Source: Eledone cirrhosa
Taxonomy: Eukaryota
Reading direction: 5' to 3'
Assembly: GCA_964016885.1 (NCBI GenBank)
Contig: OZ024742.1
Location: forward strand, 181,536,001-181,600,000
Length of the DNA stretch: 64,000 nt
Position numbers and translations under genes: made by a program
Part shown: in pieces, positions 58,667-64,000 of the stretch
How the letters are laid out: each line of letters starts with the position of its first letter
Numbering within the stretch: position 1 is the first letter of the stretch
Notes under the pieces: generated by a model
Databases searched by the model: none
The model's input: the letters and a program-made list of their open reading frames with translations, nothing else
What the model was told of the DNA's origin: nothing

Positions 58667-59068
58667 CCCTTTAGCATTTATATTACTCTATACATACTAT
58701 TATATTTTCATGGCGGTGGATTAGCAGTATCGGTAGAGGGTCGGACGCCATGCTTTCCAGCATAGTTACGTCCTTTACGATCTGAGTTCAAATCCCGCCG
58801 AGGTTGACTTTGCCTTTCATCCTTACGGGGTCGATAAAATAAAGTACCAGTAATGCACTGGGTAATTGCTGGCTTTGTGCCTAAAGTAGAAACAATTATA
58901 TTTTGATGATAAAAGCTTTACTTCACATAATATCGAATCAATGAGATTTTGATATTATATATTTTGAGAACAATATTTTAATATCAGTATGAGCAGCCGG
59001 TTACAGCCGATTTGAACATAGAGATGAAAACATTTTGGCCAGATACAGCTGGTTTAAATGCTAAAGGG
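58667..59068. mobile_element. piggyBac-type MITE carrying a nested SINE
   Basis: TIR ccctttagcattta/taaatgctaaaggg; CTAA/TTAA flanks. Confidence 0.78.
58711..58897 (+). mobile_element. SINE family 1 (full copy)
   Basis: tRNA-like head with B-box; TSD attatatttt. Confidence 0.9.
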
Positions 59069-59111
59069 TTAAAGAAGATTTCATCTAATTCTTTTTTTTT
59101 TTCCTCTGCAG

Positions 59112-59210
59112 AATCGACCGAGTCAAATGAAGGCTAAAATGGCTAACATGAAATTTTGGAAACAGAGCACACCAGCTGGTGACAAATACAGGATAGAGAG
59201 TGCTGCTTAA
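59112..59210 (+). CDS. Terminal coding exon of the PLXDC-like host gene
   Basis: Poly-T + cag acceptor; NRPSQMKAKMANMKFWKQSTPAGDKYRIESAA*; phase 0 joins the preceding exon, giving E|NRPS...MKF like PLXDC E-RRPS...MKF. Confidence 0.82.
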   Translation, partial: NRPSQMKAKMANMKFWKQSTPAGDKYRIESAA

Positions 59211-59342
59211 TATTTTTGAAGAAATGTTTGCAGTTTACAATCAAGACCATGTTTTATCAGCAGATTTATTTGGGGTGGGGAAATTTTGGTTTATTTGTTA
59301 TCATTTACGACCTACATTTTATGTATGAATATATATGTATAC

Positions 59343-59378
<36 letters not shown>

Positions 59379-59409
59379 ATATATATATATATGGATATCC
59401 ATGTATTTG

Positions 59410-59450
<41 letters not shown>

Positions 59451-59653
59451 CACTGTGTATATGAATACATGTATATGAAAATTATATATACAATATACTT
59501 AATGAACATATATTTAGTCTAAATGTGAAAATAAAACGTTCAAGACTGAATATGTATTTTCTTAACTATACTGTATATTGTATAGGCTGTCTGTCTTAAT
59601 GTTTATTATTCATGTGTATATATCTATACATCTTTATATGTATATTATTCATC

Positions 59654-59685
<32 letters not shown>

Positions 59686-59766
59686 TTATGTACTTTATAT
59701 GTCTATATATTAGGGATATGCATATATTTTTTTCATACATATATGTAAATTCATACACACACACAG

Positions 59767-59822
<56 letters not shown>

Positions 59823-60035
59823 GTATATGTAAAAGGTGTGTTGATATATGATATACATATATATGCAATATTTGGTTCATTGGAAAGAAGTTTTCATAGC
59901 CTTGTTATGCAGTATATTTGTTTATGTTTGTTTTTTTTTTTGTTTTTTAATCTTTAAAATACTTTTGTTAATATTGTTTTCTGTTAAGTTTTTTCTTTAA
60001 ACACTATTTGATTTTCTTTTTATTTCCATTAATGA

Positions 60036-60041
60036 AATAAA
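60036..60041 (+). promoter_or_regulatory. Candidate polyadenylation signal (alternative at 59530-59535)
   Basis: AATAAA followed by a GT/T-rich tract, downstream of the stop codon. Confidence 0.35.
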
Positions 60042-60812
60042 ACACTGTTATGTAGTTAGTTTTTCATGTTACATACCATATATACTTATGTAAATGTCAA
60101 ATATTTATAACTATATAGTTAAAGTAAAGTTAAATTTGTCGATTATCTCATGTATGCTACTTTTGAGGGCCAAAAATCCACACTGCAATTCATAATATCA
60201 TATCCATGAGCAGAACCCTAAATGAACTTTAAACAAATAAAAGTAAAACAATTAATTACAGTAATAATACTGATGTTTCTATGTATCAAAACACATAAAT
60301 AATGCCAGGTAGTGTTTTTATTTCCACTTCTGTACATCAAACATATTAGGGTGGTTAAATAAATTTCCTTGTCATAACATTTATGATGAAGATTATACCT
60401 TGATTCACAAATCTTGATCTGGTGTCTGTGAAAATCTATGAGATACATGCAAGAATCCGGATTTCATAGAAAAAAATAGAGCAGTTGATTTTTACTGGAG
60501 ATTGATTTTTACAGAAGTATATATGGTAATGATTTTTTGAAAACATTTTTTGTTCTTATTTTAATTTGCTAATCAGAATATTAAACAAAAATATAATAAT
60601 AATAATTCATATTGGTCCAATTCATCTGATGTGCTGGTGATATATTCCGAAAATATTCCATTTTTATCAGTTATTGTACATATATATTGTACATATATAT
60701 GTATGTATATATACATACATACACATATATATATACATATATATACATGCATATATATATATATGTATGTATGTATCTATATATATGTACATATATATAT
60801 GTATGTATGTAT

Positions 60813-60848
<36 letters not shown>

Positions 60849-60870
60849 GTTTGTATGTATATGTTTGTAT

Positions 60871-60940
60871 TATCATCATCTTCGTTTAACGTCCACTTTC
60901 CACGCTAGCATGGGTTAGACGGGAGTTGTCCCACTTGAGG
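60871..60940 (-). mobile_element. RTE 3' tip
   Basis: catcatc...gtttaacgtccactttccacgctagcatgggtt...cccacttgaggca. Confidence 0.75.
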
Positions 60941-63578
<2,638 letters not shown>

Positions 63579-64000
63579 TTCTGTCCATTTAACTAAACAA
63601 ATTTTTTATTTTATTTTCAATTATTTTGGGATTGGCTATATATATATATAATTTTTTCCATTTGGTGGTATTAGTGGTGATGTTGGTTTTGGTGGTGCAA
63701 GGATCTTATATAAGCAAATGTTGAGCATAGTGATTCACAGTGTGTGTTGTTTGTTGTTATTAATATAATTTTTTCTATTTCTTTTCTGCTGGTATAATTA
63801 ATAATAAGTCTTTTAATTAATAATTTTCAAGTTAGGTGGTCTAGTTGCTCACAATCATAAGTTTGTGAGTTCTAATTCCCAGACTGGCTCTTTTCATATT
63901 GCTATAGACTGCAGGGACTTAGCCCTGTTAGGCGTTGGCATCATGCACACTCAGTTACGTAAACCCGATGAAACCAGTATAAGCTCTGATCTTCATCCAA

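Overview
AT-rich animal genomic DNA; the repeat landscape (RTE LINEs with (GAT)n tails, tRNA-derived SINEs, kb-scale TA microsatellites) suggests an octopus or other cephalopod, which is an inference. Most of the window appears to be intron of one + strand host gene. Its last exons (52770-52888, 59112-59210, probably 34303-34342) encode a PLXDC-like transmembrane helix and cytoplasmic tail. The rest is transposon-derived: about nine RTE LINE copies from three or four subfamilies (one with about 850 open codons), a deleted Gypsy LTR element with an 18-nt tRNA-Trp PBS, a Tc1/mariner relic, piggyBac-type MITEs, a non-autonomous Helitron and several SINE families. The strongest signal is a set of Penelope-like element (PLE) pieces in or beside strand-asymmetric (TA)nTG arrays. 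One keeps an open C-terminal GIY-YIG endonuclease ORF. There are six type-I hammerhead ribozyme motifs (three complete, two decayed, one half), several with head-to-head inversions and two with stem-II inserts of about 100-115 nt. All five full-core hammerheads lie on the host-gene sense strand. The long Y/I/H-rich ORFs in the track are microsatellite artefacts.
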